A stretch of DNA of 64,000 nt from Deltaproteobacteria bacterium (GCA_033763315.1 JANRKS010000016.1:128001-192000), one strand, 5' to 3'. Shown: positions 37,933 to 47,147, numbered from the stretch's first letter. Notes: generated by a model from the letters alone, not told the origin. Program-made: numbers and translations.

Positions 37933-39632
37933 GGAAGGTACCTCCGAAATGCGGGGTTGGTGACCAGGCTTGTCAATGACTCCTGCACACTCGTGCCAGC
38001 CAACGAATCATCAACCAACCGCTCCAAGGCAAGGCCATCGTCATCGCGTGCGCCACGCGCAAAGAGGTATTGCAACCAATTGCTCAGGTAACAAGCGTGA
38101 TAGTCGCTGCTGCCCGCGAGCGCTTCAACAAGGTCGAGCCCGTTATCAAACGACACCTTGCCGCTTGCCAATTCTTCATACGCGCCCGAGGCATCCACAG
38201 GCGTGCCGCTGTCCGTGGTTCGCCAGCGCCCAATGGCGTCGTAGGACTCAAAGGCGTACCCCAAAGGGTTGATCAAGGTGGCGTGACAAGTGGCACCGCA
38301 GGTGCCTTTGCCGGTGTGTGCCTCAACGCGAGCTCGGTTGGTGCCACCGCCCATCGTGGGCACGGGCTTCACGTTGGCGGCAGGAGGCGGCAACGTCTTG
38401 CACAAAATCACCTCGCTTACGAACACACCTCGGTGAATTGGATCGGGATCTTTGGCGCCGGCGTTCTTCGCCAAAAAACCTAACTGTGTAAGCAGCCCCC
38501 GCCGTTGTTGTGGGTCTAGCGGTGCTTTTTGGAATGTGTTCGTAAACGTACCCGAAAGCCCGTAGATGGCCGCAAGCTTGGCGTTCACGAACGTCTCCGA
38601 CGAGGTGAGCAAATCCCGCGGCGTGCCTTGATTTGCGACGATGTGATCCAAGAACAGGCGCGCTTCCTCTTTCAGCAATGCAGGTGTTGCTGAGTCAAAC
38701 GCGGGGAAGGCCTTCACGTCCTTCTCGATTTGATCGAGGCCGGCGAGCCGGAAAAGCTGTTCGTGAAAGTGTGCCGCACTGGCCCTCGCCGCAGGGGTTT
38801 TCAAAAGTCGTTGGGCCTGCGTGCGGATGTGCTCGGCGTCCGTCAACTCTCCCGCACGCGCGGCGGCCAACAACTCATCGTCGGGCATCGTATCGGTCAG
38901 CGCAAAGGAAAGACGCGATGCCACTTCAAAGTTTGTGAGCGCGAAGCTGCCCGTGTTCTGGCCCTCTCCCAATTCCATTTTGTAAAGGAAAGCGGGCGAC
39001 TGCAGCACGGCACTGATCACAACCTCAAGGCCCGCATCAAATGCGTCGCGCCCTGTAATGAGGTTGGGTCCCTGCTTGAACAGGTTCCATAATTCGTCCA
39101 CCTCAGCGGCATCGACGGGCCGCCGGTAAGCCCGCTCTGCCAAGCTTCGAATCACCAAGCGCGCTTTCGCTTCGAGCGCTGTGGGTGAGTCTCGGGGCAT
39201 CAGCCGCATCTTTGCCACCGGATCGCCCACCACAAACGCAGCAATTGTTTCTGCGGCCCGTTCGTAGTCGCCTCTTAGGTCGAACGACACATCAAGCGCG
39301 CTGCCTGCGTTGTTATTGTCGAAACCCAAGACGGCGTCACGCTGCAAGGTCAAGCCTGCTGGTAACGCTTTCAACAGCAAAAGATCCTTCACAGCGTTTT
39401 GCCATTGAAAGTGCGTCAACCGCGCAAACCGCGCGCCAGACACAATCGCATCCGTTGAGCCCTCACTAGGCTCGAAGCTGGGGCTGCCCTTGCCAGCAGA
39501 ACCACCGCCACCGCCACCGCCACCATCGACCTGTTCGCCTCCACCGTGAGTGGTTATTTTTCCGGTGCACGCGGCTGCCGCCACGGCGATGGCAAACGAA
39601 CAAACAATCAATCGGAACTTTGGTGCTCGCAT
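37929..39632 (-). CDS. DUF1592/DUF1588-type lipoprotein with atypical CxxxCH (cassette 5)
   Basis: AAGGGAG RBS before ATG 39632; lipobox AAAC; RLTHFQWQNAVKDLL, LQSPAFLY, RRGLLTQ, PIHRG, CGATCH. Confidence 0.9.
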   Translation of the reverse strand: MRAPKFRLIVCSFAIAVAAAACTGKITTHGGGEQVDGGGGGGGGSAGKGSPSFEPSEGSTDAIVSGARFARLTHFQWQNAVKDLLLLKALPAGLTLQRDAVLGFDNNNAGSALDVSFDLRGDYERAAETIAAFVVGDPVAKMRLMPRDSPTALEAKARLVIRSLAERAYRRPVDAAEVDELWNLFKQGPNLITGRDAFDAGLEVVISAVLQSPAFLYKMELGEGQNTGSFALTNFEVASRLSFALTDTMPDDELLAAARAGELTDAEHIRTQAQRLLKTPAARASAAHFHEQLFRLAGLDQIEKDVKAFPAFDSATPALLKEEARLFLDHIVANQGTPRDLLTSSETFVNAKLAAIYGLSGTFTNTFQKAPLDPQQRRGLLTQLGFLAKNAGAKDPDPIHRGVFVSEVILCKTLPPPAANVKPVPTMGGGTNRARVEAHTGKGTCGATCHATLINPLGYAFESYDAIGRWRTTDSGTPVDASGAYEELASGKVSFDNGLDLVEALAGSSDYHACYLSNWLQYLFARGARDDDGLALERLVDDSLAGTSVQESLTSLVTNPAFRRYLP

Positions 39633-39881
39633 CGCCTGAACTCCCTTGGCGGTAAGAACAAGGATTAACCATAGGTGCAATCACATGGCAAAGCACCGTC
39701 CTTACGAGCAAGTGTGCTTGCGTGAAATGCCTATCTCGAAGCGCACAAACATCCAAGGCTGCGCTCTTGCGATTAAGCAAAACCTGCAGCGGATGGCGCA
39801 CGAACAGACTAGCCGACCTTGTCGCACCGATGTGTGACGGTCGCTACAGTCAAGGTCGTGACTTACTTCCTAGGTAAAAAT

Positions 39882-40952
39882 GTGCGGTCGATTTTAGGTT
39901 CTTTCATTGTTGCAATCCTTTTGTTGGTTGCCGTGACCTGTGGCGGCCCGGACGAGCAACGCCCTGATGGCACAGAGGCGCCAGGCGCAGAGGCAGGCGC
40001 CCGAGGGGGCTCGTCGTCAACTGGGGGAACCACGCAGAACAGCGGCGGCAAAGGCGGCGCTTCGCAGACGGGCACGGGCGGAACCTCGATCGCAGGCAAT
40101 GCGGGTGCTTCCCAAGCTGGAGCTGGCGGCACGGGCACAGGTGGTACCTCCACGGCACCGGACGCAGGCGCATTGATCGACGCGCCTGCGCCGATGGACG
40201 CGGGCGCCCAGGCAGGAATAGGCGGCAGCACGAAGGTTGACGCGAGCGTGGTCGTGGATGCAGGCCTGCCACCACCCGATGCTGAGATCGTTCAAGATCC
40301 TCAGTTGGTGGCTTACTACCGCCTTGACGACGCCGTAGGTGCGGCCGGGCGCCCCGCGCAAGACTCATCGCTCACCGGCTCAGCTGGCTTATATACCGGC
40401 ATGACGTCCGGCCCCGTGCTCGTGCCAGGCCCCGCCAAGATCAAGTTTCCCAACGCCGGGGCGGCTCGGTTCACAAGCGCGCAACATCAGGCGGTCTTAG
40501 TGGCGCCCGCTCCCCTCGCCCTCCGTCCTGCCAAAAACATCACGGTATCTGCTTGGTACCGGACACTGTCATCGACCGAGGCCGAACTGTTTAGCATGGG
40601 CGACAGTTACGCTGTGAGGATCCAAGGCCAAGACGTTGTGTTCATCAAACGTGTTCCCGAGACCTGGGAGATCTGCACGGCCACAGCGGCAACGAACGAC
40701 GGCAACTGGCACCACGTGGCTGTGGCACAAAACGATTCAGCCATGTTTATTTTCATTGATGGCGCGCTTGCAGCGACTTGCGGGCAAGCGGCGCCCATCA
40801 CGTACGACTTAGGCATGGAATTTGTGATCGGTCGCCACGGAACAAGTGTGGGTCGCGCGCAATTCGAAGGCGATATTGATGACGTCCGGATCTACAACGC
40901 GGTCTTGTCGCCAGAGCGCATCGCCTCGCTCGCTTCGGGAAACGCCGAGTGA
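39882..40952 (+). CDS. Gly-rich-stalk lipoprotein with a LamG/ConA-like domain
   Basis: Lipobox AVTC; LVAYYRLDD, TVSAWY, DGNWHHVAV, FIDG, FEGDIDDVRIYNAVLS. Start placed at GTG 39882 (track start 39819). Confidence 0.85.
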   Translation: MRSILGSFIVAILLLVAVTCGGPDEQRPDGTEAPGAEAGARGGSSSTGGTTQNSGGKGGASQTGTGGTSIAGNAGASQAGAGGTGTGGTSTAPDAGALIDAPAPMDAGAQAGIGGSTKVDASVVVDAGLPPPDAEIVQDPQLVAYYRLDDAVGAAGRPAQDSSLTGSAGLYTGMTSGPVLVPGPAKIKFPNAGAARFTSAQHQAVLVAPAPLALRPAKNITVSAWYRTLSSTEAELFSMGDSYAVRIQGQDVVFIKRVPETWEICTATAATNDGNWHHVAVAQNDSAMFIFIDGALAATCGQAAPITYDLGMEFVIGRHGTSVGRAQFEGDIDDVRIYNAVLSPERIASLASGNAE

Positions 40953-40962
40953 ACGAGCGCCG

Positions 40963-41682
40963 CTAACGGTTGTTGCCACGATGACGGCCGCGGCCCGGGT
41001 GCCCATCACGACCACGGCCGGCGTCGCGGCGGGCGTCCAGGCCCCACAGCTCCAGCTGCGCGCGGGCGTTGGCCGCCAAGCTGCCATAGCGGAACGTGAC
41101 ACGGCGAACGAATCGAGCGCCGCCTGGCAAATCGATCACATAGTTGGTTGCCCCTGGGCGAAACGCGTAGCGCAGGTTGGGCGCGAATGACGTGCCATCC
41201 GTAAACTCAACCACCATATCGAAGATTTCGATGGGCGCGTGCTCGGCAACCATCGATAGCGCCACGTAAGCGCCGTCGTCACGTCCCACCGCGATGACGT
41301 CGCGATCAACCGAGCCGTCCACCCATCGTTCGCCAAGCTTGTCCCAATCGCTGTGTCGATCAAATTTGCGATCACGGCGGCTGTCTAGCCGGTCATCCGG
41401 ATAAGGCGCGGGTGCTGGTGCTGCCACCACAGGCGCAGGTGCGGGAGCAGGTGCCGCAGCCGCTGTGGCGGGAGAAGCCCGCCAAACGGTCGGAGCGGGG
41501 GCCGCAGGCTCAGAGGGCGTGCGGTGAACCAAAGGGGGCGGGGGCGGCGTATACGGCGCGGCCGGCGGCGCGGGCTGCGCCACCACCGGTTGCGGTTGAC
41601 CTGTGGCGGACGGAGTCGCGACCGCATGAAACGTACAACCTGCCACCACCCCACAACCCAACATCAGCAAAATCGGTTTCAT
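40963..41682 (-). CDS. Lipoprotein with a Pro/Ala stalk and a small beta-sandwich head (DUF2541-like)
   Basis: Lipobox VAGC; PAPAP linker; WDKLGERWVDGSVDRDVIAVG...MVVEFTDG...IDLPGGARFVRRVTFRY. Start ATG 41682. Confidence 0.7.
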   Translation of the reverse strand: MKPILLMLGCGVVAGCTFHAVATPSATGQPQPVVAQPAPPAAPYTPPPPPLVHRTPSEPAAPAPTVWRASPATAAAAPAPAPAPVVAAPAPAPYPDDRLDSRRDRKFDRHSDWDKLGERWVDGSVDRDVIAVGRDDGAYVALSMVAEHAPIEIFDMVVEFTDGTSFAPNLRYAFRPGATNYVIDLPGGARFVRRVTFRYGSLAANARAQLELWGLDARRDAGRGRDGHPGRGRHRGNNR

Positions 41683-41695
41683 GGCCCAGCCGCAA

Positions 41696-41712
41696 CGCAC
41701 ACGGCATGCCAA
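41696..41712 (-). promoter_or_regulatory. Candidate sigma-54 promoter (-24/-12)
   Basis: Minus strand TTGGCATGCCGTGTGCG fits GG-N10-GC; the predicted TSS falls a few nt before ATG 41682. Confidence 0.5.
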
Positions 41713-41927
41713 CGACATCAGCGGCGGGTTGGCAACCTAGTCATTGTTGCCGTTACCAAAGTCGGGGCGCAGCCCAGATTGTCGTTACATGCTGGTACCC
41801 CCGAGGGCGATGATCACCCTCGTGCCTCCGGGTCAAAACCGGGTAAAGCTAGCCGACGCGCCGCCGTCCACACGAAGGAAGAAAGCGGCAGCAGCGGGCC
41901 TTTGTATGTAATCTTGCAGAAGCCGCT

Positions 41928-44069
41928 ATGACCCGAGCCGCAAACTTACACCCATCCACATTGCGCCTGGCTTTGACCTTAGTTCTGCTGGGTTGGGCCG
42001 CCGCCAGCGGTCAAGCGCACGCGAAGCCGCCGCTGAACAAGCACGCCCAAGTGGAACTGGTCACCAACAGCACGCACGTGGCGGCGGGTGGCAGCGTGCA
42101 GTTGGGCGTCAAATTCAAGCTTGAACCCGAGTGGCACATCTACTGGAAGAACCCCGGTGATTCCGGGCAAGCGCCCAAGGTGATTTGGACGCTGCCTGCC
42201 GGGTTCCAAGTGAGCGACCTTGTGTGGCCCACGCCCAAACGCATCGCCTCGGGCCCCTTGATGAATTACGGGTACGAGAACAGCGCGCTTTTGCGGGCCA
42301 CGCTCACCGCACCCAACCCGCTTCCGCCTGAACTCAAAGACGCCAAGTCGATCGATGTTAAAGGCGACGTACGCTTTCTAACGTGTCGTGAAGACTGCAT
42401 TCCTGGGGAAGCGGAGTTAACCCTGTCGCTGCCGCTACAACCGGGCGGCAGCGTGCCTGCGGAAACGGTGACGTTGTTCCAAGACGCAACCGTGGTTGCG
42501 CCTAAGGCTATCTCAAACGTGCGCGTGCTTGATCAAGGCACGCACGTGGCTGTGGAGTTCGCGCGCCCCGAGGGAGTGCCGATGGGCACCAAGGTGGCGC
42601 TGGTGCCTGAAACAACCTTGGTGGTGGCGAACGCCGTGCCACAAGTTTTTGAGGAGACTGAAGGCACGCTGCGTGTGCTGGCCGAAAAGAACGACCCTGC
42701 CACAGCCGTCTCTGACTTGGCGGGCCTTGTGATCACCGAAACGTCTCCGGCACAAGCTTTCGCCTTTGTATCAAGCGTGCAAGCCGCACCCGCAGCGGCC
42801 ACGGCACCGCCAGTTGTGACCAAAGACGCGGCCCCCACAGAGCCACCGACCACGCTATGGTTGGCGCTCGGTTTGGCATTTTTAGGCGGCATTTTGCTGA
42901 ACTTGATGCCGTGCGTGTTTCCCGTGCTGTCGCTTAAAATCTTGGGCTTCGTGTCACATGCACACGAGCCGCGTATGGCGCGTCTGCACGGCTGGGCATA
43001 CACCGCGGGTGTCTTTGCGTCGTTTTGGGCGCTGGCTTTGGTGCTTGTGATCGTGCGCGCCGGCAGCAGCCGATTGGGTTGGGGCTTTCAGCTGCAATCA
43101 CCCGTGTTCGTGGCGCTGCTGTGCGGGCTGATGGTTTTGGTTGGTTTGAATTTGTTGGGCGTGTTTGAAGTGGGGCTGTCACTCACGCAGGTGGGTGGTT
43201 CCACGCGCGGCGGTTATATGGGATCGTTTAACACCGGCATCTTGGCCACCGTGGTGGCCACGCCGTGCACAGCGCCGTTTATGGGCACCGCGCTTGGTTT
43301 TGCCCTCACCCGCCCCGCCTTCGAATCGCTGGCTGTGTTCACAGCCCTTGCTGCCGGGATGTCCTTTCCCTACGTCTGGTTAAGCCATGCACCTTCGGTG
43401 TTAAAGCGCTTGCCCCGGCCCGGCAAGTGGATGGAGATCTTGCGCCAGTTCTTAGCGTTTCCGATCTTGGCCACCGTGGTGTGGTTGTTGGCCGTGTTCA
43501 ATCAATTGACCGGCCCATTGGCCGTGTTTGAATTGTTGGGCGCGTTGTTGGTCGTGTCGATGGCCGCGTGGATCTATGGCGCCTTTCAGCGCAGCAGCGG
43601 CAGGCCTGGCCTCGCGGTGCTGCTGGCCTTGGCCAGCGCCGGCGCCGCCGTTTGGTTGGCCGTGGGCGCGGCACAAACGCCCGTGGCCGCTTCATCCAAC
43701 CGCGAAGCTTCCATGGAAAAGTTTTGGCAGCCGTGGAGCCCTGCGCGCGTCGAAGAGCTTCAAGCCAAAGGCCAAGCTGTTTTCGTGAATTTTACGGCCG
43801 CATGGTGCATTTCATGCAAAGCCAATGAGGTGTTGGTGTTCTCCACGCCCGAGATTCAAGACGCTTTCGCCAAGCACAAAGTGGTGCCGCTGAAAGCCGA
43901 TTGGACGAACCGCGATGAAGTGATCGCGCAAGCCCTTGAGGCACACGGCCGCGCGGGCGTGCCGCTTTACCTGTTTTACCCCGGGGGGGCCGGGCGCCAA
44001 CCAGCCACACTGCCGTCGGTTCTCACGAAGGGCATTGTGCTCGACGCGCTTGCCGACGTTACACGCTAG
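41928..44069 (+). CDS. dsbD: Protein-disulfide reductase, DsbD family (N-terminal domain, TM domain, thioredoxin)
   Basis: WHIYWKNPGDSG, CREDC, LNLMPCVFPVLSLK, ATPCTAPFM, FTAAWCISCK. Confidence 0.92.
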   Translation: MTRAANLHPSTLRLALTLVLLGWAAASGQAHAKPPLNKHAQVELVTNSTHVAAGGSVQLGVKFKLEPEWHIYWKNPGDSGQAPKVIWTLPAGFQVSDLVWPTPKRIASGPLMNYGYENSALLRATLTAPNPLPPELKDAKSIDVKGDVRFLTCREDCIPGEAELTLSLPLQPGGSVPAETVTLFQDATVVAPKAISNVRVLDQGTHVAVEFARPEGVPMGTKVALVPETTLVVANAVPQVFEETEGTLRVLAEKNDPATAVSDLAGLVITETSPAQAFAFVSSVQAAPAAATAPPVVTKDAAPTEPPTTLWLALGLAFLGGILLNLMPCVFPVLSLKILGFVSHAHEPRMARLHGWAYTAGVFASFWALALVLVIVRAGSSRLGWGFQLQSPVFVALLCGLMVLVGLNLLGVFEVGLSLTQVGGSTRGGYMGSFNTGILATVVATPCTAPFMGTALGFALTRPAFESLAVFTALAAGMSFPYVWLSHAPSVLKRLPRPGKWMEILRQFLAFPILATVVWLLAVFNQLTGPLAVFELLGALLVVSMAAWIYGAFQRSSGRPGLAVLLALASAGAAVWLAVGAAQTPVAASSNREASMEKFWQPWSPARVEELQAKGQAVFVNFTAAWCISCKANEVLVFSTPEIQDAFAKHKVVPLKADWTNRDEVIAQALEAHGRAGVPLYLFYPGGAGRQPATLPSVLTKGIVLDALADVTR

Positions 44070-44077
44070 GAGCCGCG

Positions 44078-44701
44078 ATGAAATACACGTTTACTTCGAT
44101 CTTTTCTGCATTGGCCGTGGGCGCGCTCATGCTCGGCAGCGCACAGGTATTCGCCGCGGGTGCGCGCGTGGGCACAACCGCACCGGCGTTCAGCGCCACA
44201 GACATCACGGGCAAAACGCACAAGCTGGCGGACTTCAAAGGCAAGTACGTGGTGCTTGAATGGTTCAACCACGGTTGCCCGTTTGTGCAGAAGCACTACG
44301 GCTCCAAGAACATGCAGACCTTGCAAAAGAAGTGGACCGGCAAGGGCGTGGTGTGGCTGTCGATCAATTCGGGTGCCAAAGGCAAAGAAGGCTTTGAAGA
44401 TGCTGCCGCCACCAGCAAAACAGCGCAGGCCAAGGGCACCGCTTCAACCGCGATCTTCGTGGACGAAGCCGGCACCTTGGGCAGGCTTTACGGCGCGTCG
44501 GCCACACCGCACATGTTCGTGATCGATCCTGCGGGCAAGGTCATTTATGCCGGCGCGATCGACAGTGTCGCCTCTACGGAGCAAGAGGATTTGGCCAAAG
44601 CCGAAAACTACGTGGAAGCGGCGTTGAGCGCGGCCCTGGCGGGCAAACCCGTGAAAGTAAAGGAAGCGCCGCCCTATGGCTGCGGCGTGAAATACAAGTA
44701 A
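44078..44701 (+). CDS. Exported redoxin (AhpC/TSA-like thioredoxin family), typical DsbD partner
   Basis: AGGAG RBS; signal peptide; VVLEWFNHGCPFV, YGASATPHMFVID, YGCGVKY. Confidence 0.9.
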   Translation: MKYTFTSIFSALAVGALMLGSAQVFAAGARVGTTAPAFSATDITGKTHKLADFKGKYVVLEWFNHGCPFVQKHYGSKNMQTLQKKWTGKGVVWLSINSGAKGKEGFEDAAATSKTAQAKGTASTAIFVDEAGTLGRLYGASATPHMFVIDPAGKVIYAGAIDSVASTEQEDLAKAENYVEAALSAALAGKPVKVKEAPPYGCGVKYK

Positions 44702-44750
44702 CTGCCGCCGCCGGCTTGGAGCCGCGCACGCTTTCGGCCATGATGACACC

Positions 44751-45737
44751 ATGCCAAGGATATCGGCGTGGCTGTTGTTGTTTGCGCTGGCCGCCTGTGA
44801 CGGCGACGGCACCATGTTGGGGATGAGCGGCCCCGATGCGGGTGCCGACTCGAATGGCGCACCCACATTAACTGGACCACCCGCGCCCACGCTTTCAGCA
44901 TCGCCTGGTTACGCGGCGCCACCCAAGCTCGGGATCCGTGTGTTGGCAGGCCGGGGCGACGGCGCCGCGGTGTCGCCCGAAGCCATGTTGGCGGCGCTGC
45001 GCGCGGCTGACGCCGTTTGTTTGGGTGAGACCCACGATAGCTACGCTGTGCATTCGCTGCAGTTGTTGCTGATCGATCGCCTCCGCGCCGCGGGCAGCAC
45101 ACAAGATCCGGCGTTGGGCGTGGGGTTCGAGATGTTCGAGCGACCTTATCAGTTCGCCTTCGATGACCTGCAAAGCGGTCGCATTGCTGAGGGCACGTTC
45201 CGCACCAACAGCCAATACGATGCCCGGTGGGGCTTTCCCTGGGATCTATACCAACCGCTGGTGGCGCACGGACTTGCCCACGCCCATCCCATGCGCGCAA
45301 TGAATTTGGAGCGTGAGCTGGTCAAGCGCATCGCGGCCGTTGGATTGCCAATGCTCACGCCGCAAGAGCAAGCACTGCTGCCTGACCTGGTATTGACGAG
45401 TGAGGCCCACCGGGCCTGGTTCAGACCGCAGATCGAAGAGGGCCACGGCATCCTCAATGACGAGATGCTCGAACGCTTTTATGCAGCACAGGTGGCTCGG
45501 GACGAAACCATGGCCGACACGGCCACCACCTGGCAAAAGGCGACACCCGGCCGCCGCATCGCCATTGTTGCCGGCCGCGGTCACTGCGTGGATTGGGCAA
45601 TCCCTGATCGCATGCGTCGGCGTGGCGTTGCCAAAGTGGTGGGATTGCAGATGATGGACGACGCCCCGGGCGCGGTCGAGGCCGCTGTGTTGGCCGATCC
45701 CGCCGATTTTATCGTCGGCGTCACGATCTCGCCCTAA
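44751..45737 (+). CDS. ChaN-family (heme-binding/uptake) lipoprotein
   Basis: Lipobox LAAC; LGETHD...HSLQ, GFEMF, WDLYQPL, AQVARDETMA, AGRGH. Confidence 0.85.
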   Translation: MPRISAWLLLFALAACDGDGTMLGMSGPDAGADSNGAPTLTGPPAPTLSASPGYAAPPKLGIRVLAGRGDGAAVSPEAMLAALRAADAVCLGETHDSYAVHSLQLLLIDRLRAAGSTQDPALGVGFEMFERPYQFAFDDLQSGRIAEGTFRTNSQYDARWGFPWDLYQPLVAHGLAHAHPMRAMNLERELVKRIAAVGLPMLTPQEQALLPDLVLTSEAHRAWFRPQIEEGHGILNDEMLERFYAAQVARDETMADTATTWQKATPGRRIAIVAGRGHCVDWAIPDRMRRRGVAKVVGLQMMDDAPGAVEAAVLADPADFIVGVTISP

Positions 45738-45815
45738 CGCCGCGCTGGCCGGACTTCAAAGGTCCCTTTGCTCGCTTATCAAGCCGCTCGAAGCTTGGTA
45801 TGGTGCGGGCGCGAT

Positions 45816-47135
45816 ATGGGTAACCTTCTAGAGCGAATTTCAGGCAAACAAGCGTCTGTGGTGGTGGTGGGTGCAGGGTACGTTGGACTGCCCTTGGCCG
45901 TCGAAGTGGCCAAATCTGGTCTTCGAACCATTGCGTACGATAAGTCGCAAGGCAAAGTCGACGCCATCAACCGTGGCGAATCGTATATCGGTGACGTGCC
46001 CAGCGCGGCGCTCGCGCCTTTGGTCAAAGAAGGAAAGCTGCGGGCCAGCAGTGACGCCGATGTGCTCAGCCAGGCCGACGCGATCATTATTTGCGTGCCC
46101 ACGCCGCTCAACAAGACAAAAGATCCCGACAACTCATTCATCCTGGACGCGGCCGACATGATCGCGGCACGCATGCGGCCGCAACAGCTGATCGTGCTCG
46201 AAAGCACCACGTTTCCTGGCTTCACGCGCGAATTGCTGTTGCCCAAACTTTCAGCCAACGGGTTGCAAGCAGGCAAAGATTTCTTCTTGGCGTTTTCGCC
46301 CGAACGCGTGGATCCGGGCAACGCGAAATACCACACCAAGAACACACCCAAGGTCATCGGCGCTGACAGCGAGGAAGGGCTCAAGATGGCGGTGGCGCTT
46401 TACAGCCACTTCATCGACACGTTGGTGCCCGTATCCAACACCGACACGGCCGAGATGGTGAAGCTGCTGGAAAACACCTTCCGCGCCGTCAACATTGGCC
46501 TCGTCAATGAAGTGGCCATCATGTGCCAACACCTGGGCCTCAACACCTGGGAGGTCATCGAAGCCGCCTCCACCAAGCCATTTGGGTTTATGCCGTTTTT
46601 CCCGGGCCCGGGCCTGGGCGGGCACTGCATCCCGATCGATCCGCTGTATTTGTCGTGGAAGCTCAAAACACTCAAATACCAGGCCCGTTTTATCGAGCTG
46701 GCTGACAACATCAATTCGGGCATGCCAGCGTTTGTGGTCACGCGGGTGGCCGACGCGCTCAACGATCGCGGCAAAGCCATGCGTGGCGCGAAGGTGCTTG
46801 TGGCAGGTGTCACCTACAAGCGCGACATCGACGACGTGCGAGAGTCACCGGCGATCGACATCATCGAACTTTTGCGCCGCCGCGGTGCCGAGGTGTCTTA
46901 CCTTGATCCGCACGTGCCCGCCCTGACGCCTCACGCGACCCACGGCGCTTTGGCCGCCGACGTGCCGAAGGCCGAGGTGGAGGACGCCGGCAAATTCGAT
47001 TGCGTGTTGATCACCACCGATCACCGCGCCGTGGATTACGTCAAGCTGGTGCAGAACGCACAGTTGGTGGTGGACACACGCAACGCCACACGCGCCTCAC
47101 GCAAAGAACACGCCGCCAAGATTGTGTCGCTGTAA
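45816..47135 (+). CDS. Nucleotide-sugar dehydrogenase (UDP-GlcNAc 6-dehydrogenase, WbpA/WecC-like)
   Basis: GAGYVGLP, CVPTP, ESTTFPG, FSPERVDPG, KLLENTFRAVNI, GGHCIPIDP. Start ATG 45816. Confidence 0.93.
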   Translation: MGNLLERISGKQASVVVVGAGYVGLPLAVEVAKSGLRTIAYDKSQGKVDAINRGESYIGDVPSAALAPLVKEGKLRASSDADVLSQADAIIICVPTPLNKTKDPDNSFILDAADMIAARMRPQQLIVLESTTFPGFTRELLLPKLSANGLQAGKDFFLAFSPERVDPGNAKYHTKNTPKVIGADSEEGLKMAVALYSHFIDTLVPVSNTDTAEMVKLLENTFRAVNIGLVNEVAIMCQHLGLNTWEVIEAASTKPFGFMPFFPGPGLGGHCIPIDPLYLSWKLKTLKYQARFIELADNINSGMPAFVVTRVADALNDRGKAMRGAKVLVAGVTYKRDIDDVRESPAIDIIELLRRRGAEVSYLDPHVPALTPHATHGALAADVPKAEVEDAGKFDCVLITTDHRAVDYVKLVQNAQLVVDTRNATRASRKEHAAKIVSL

Positions 47136-47147
47136 GAAGGAGACGCC

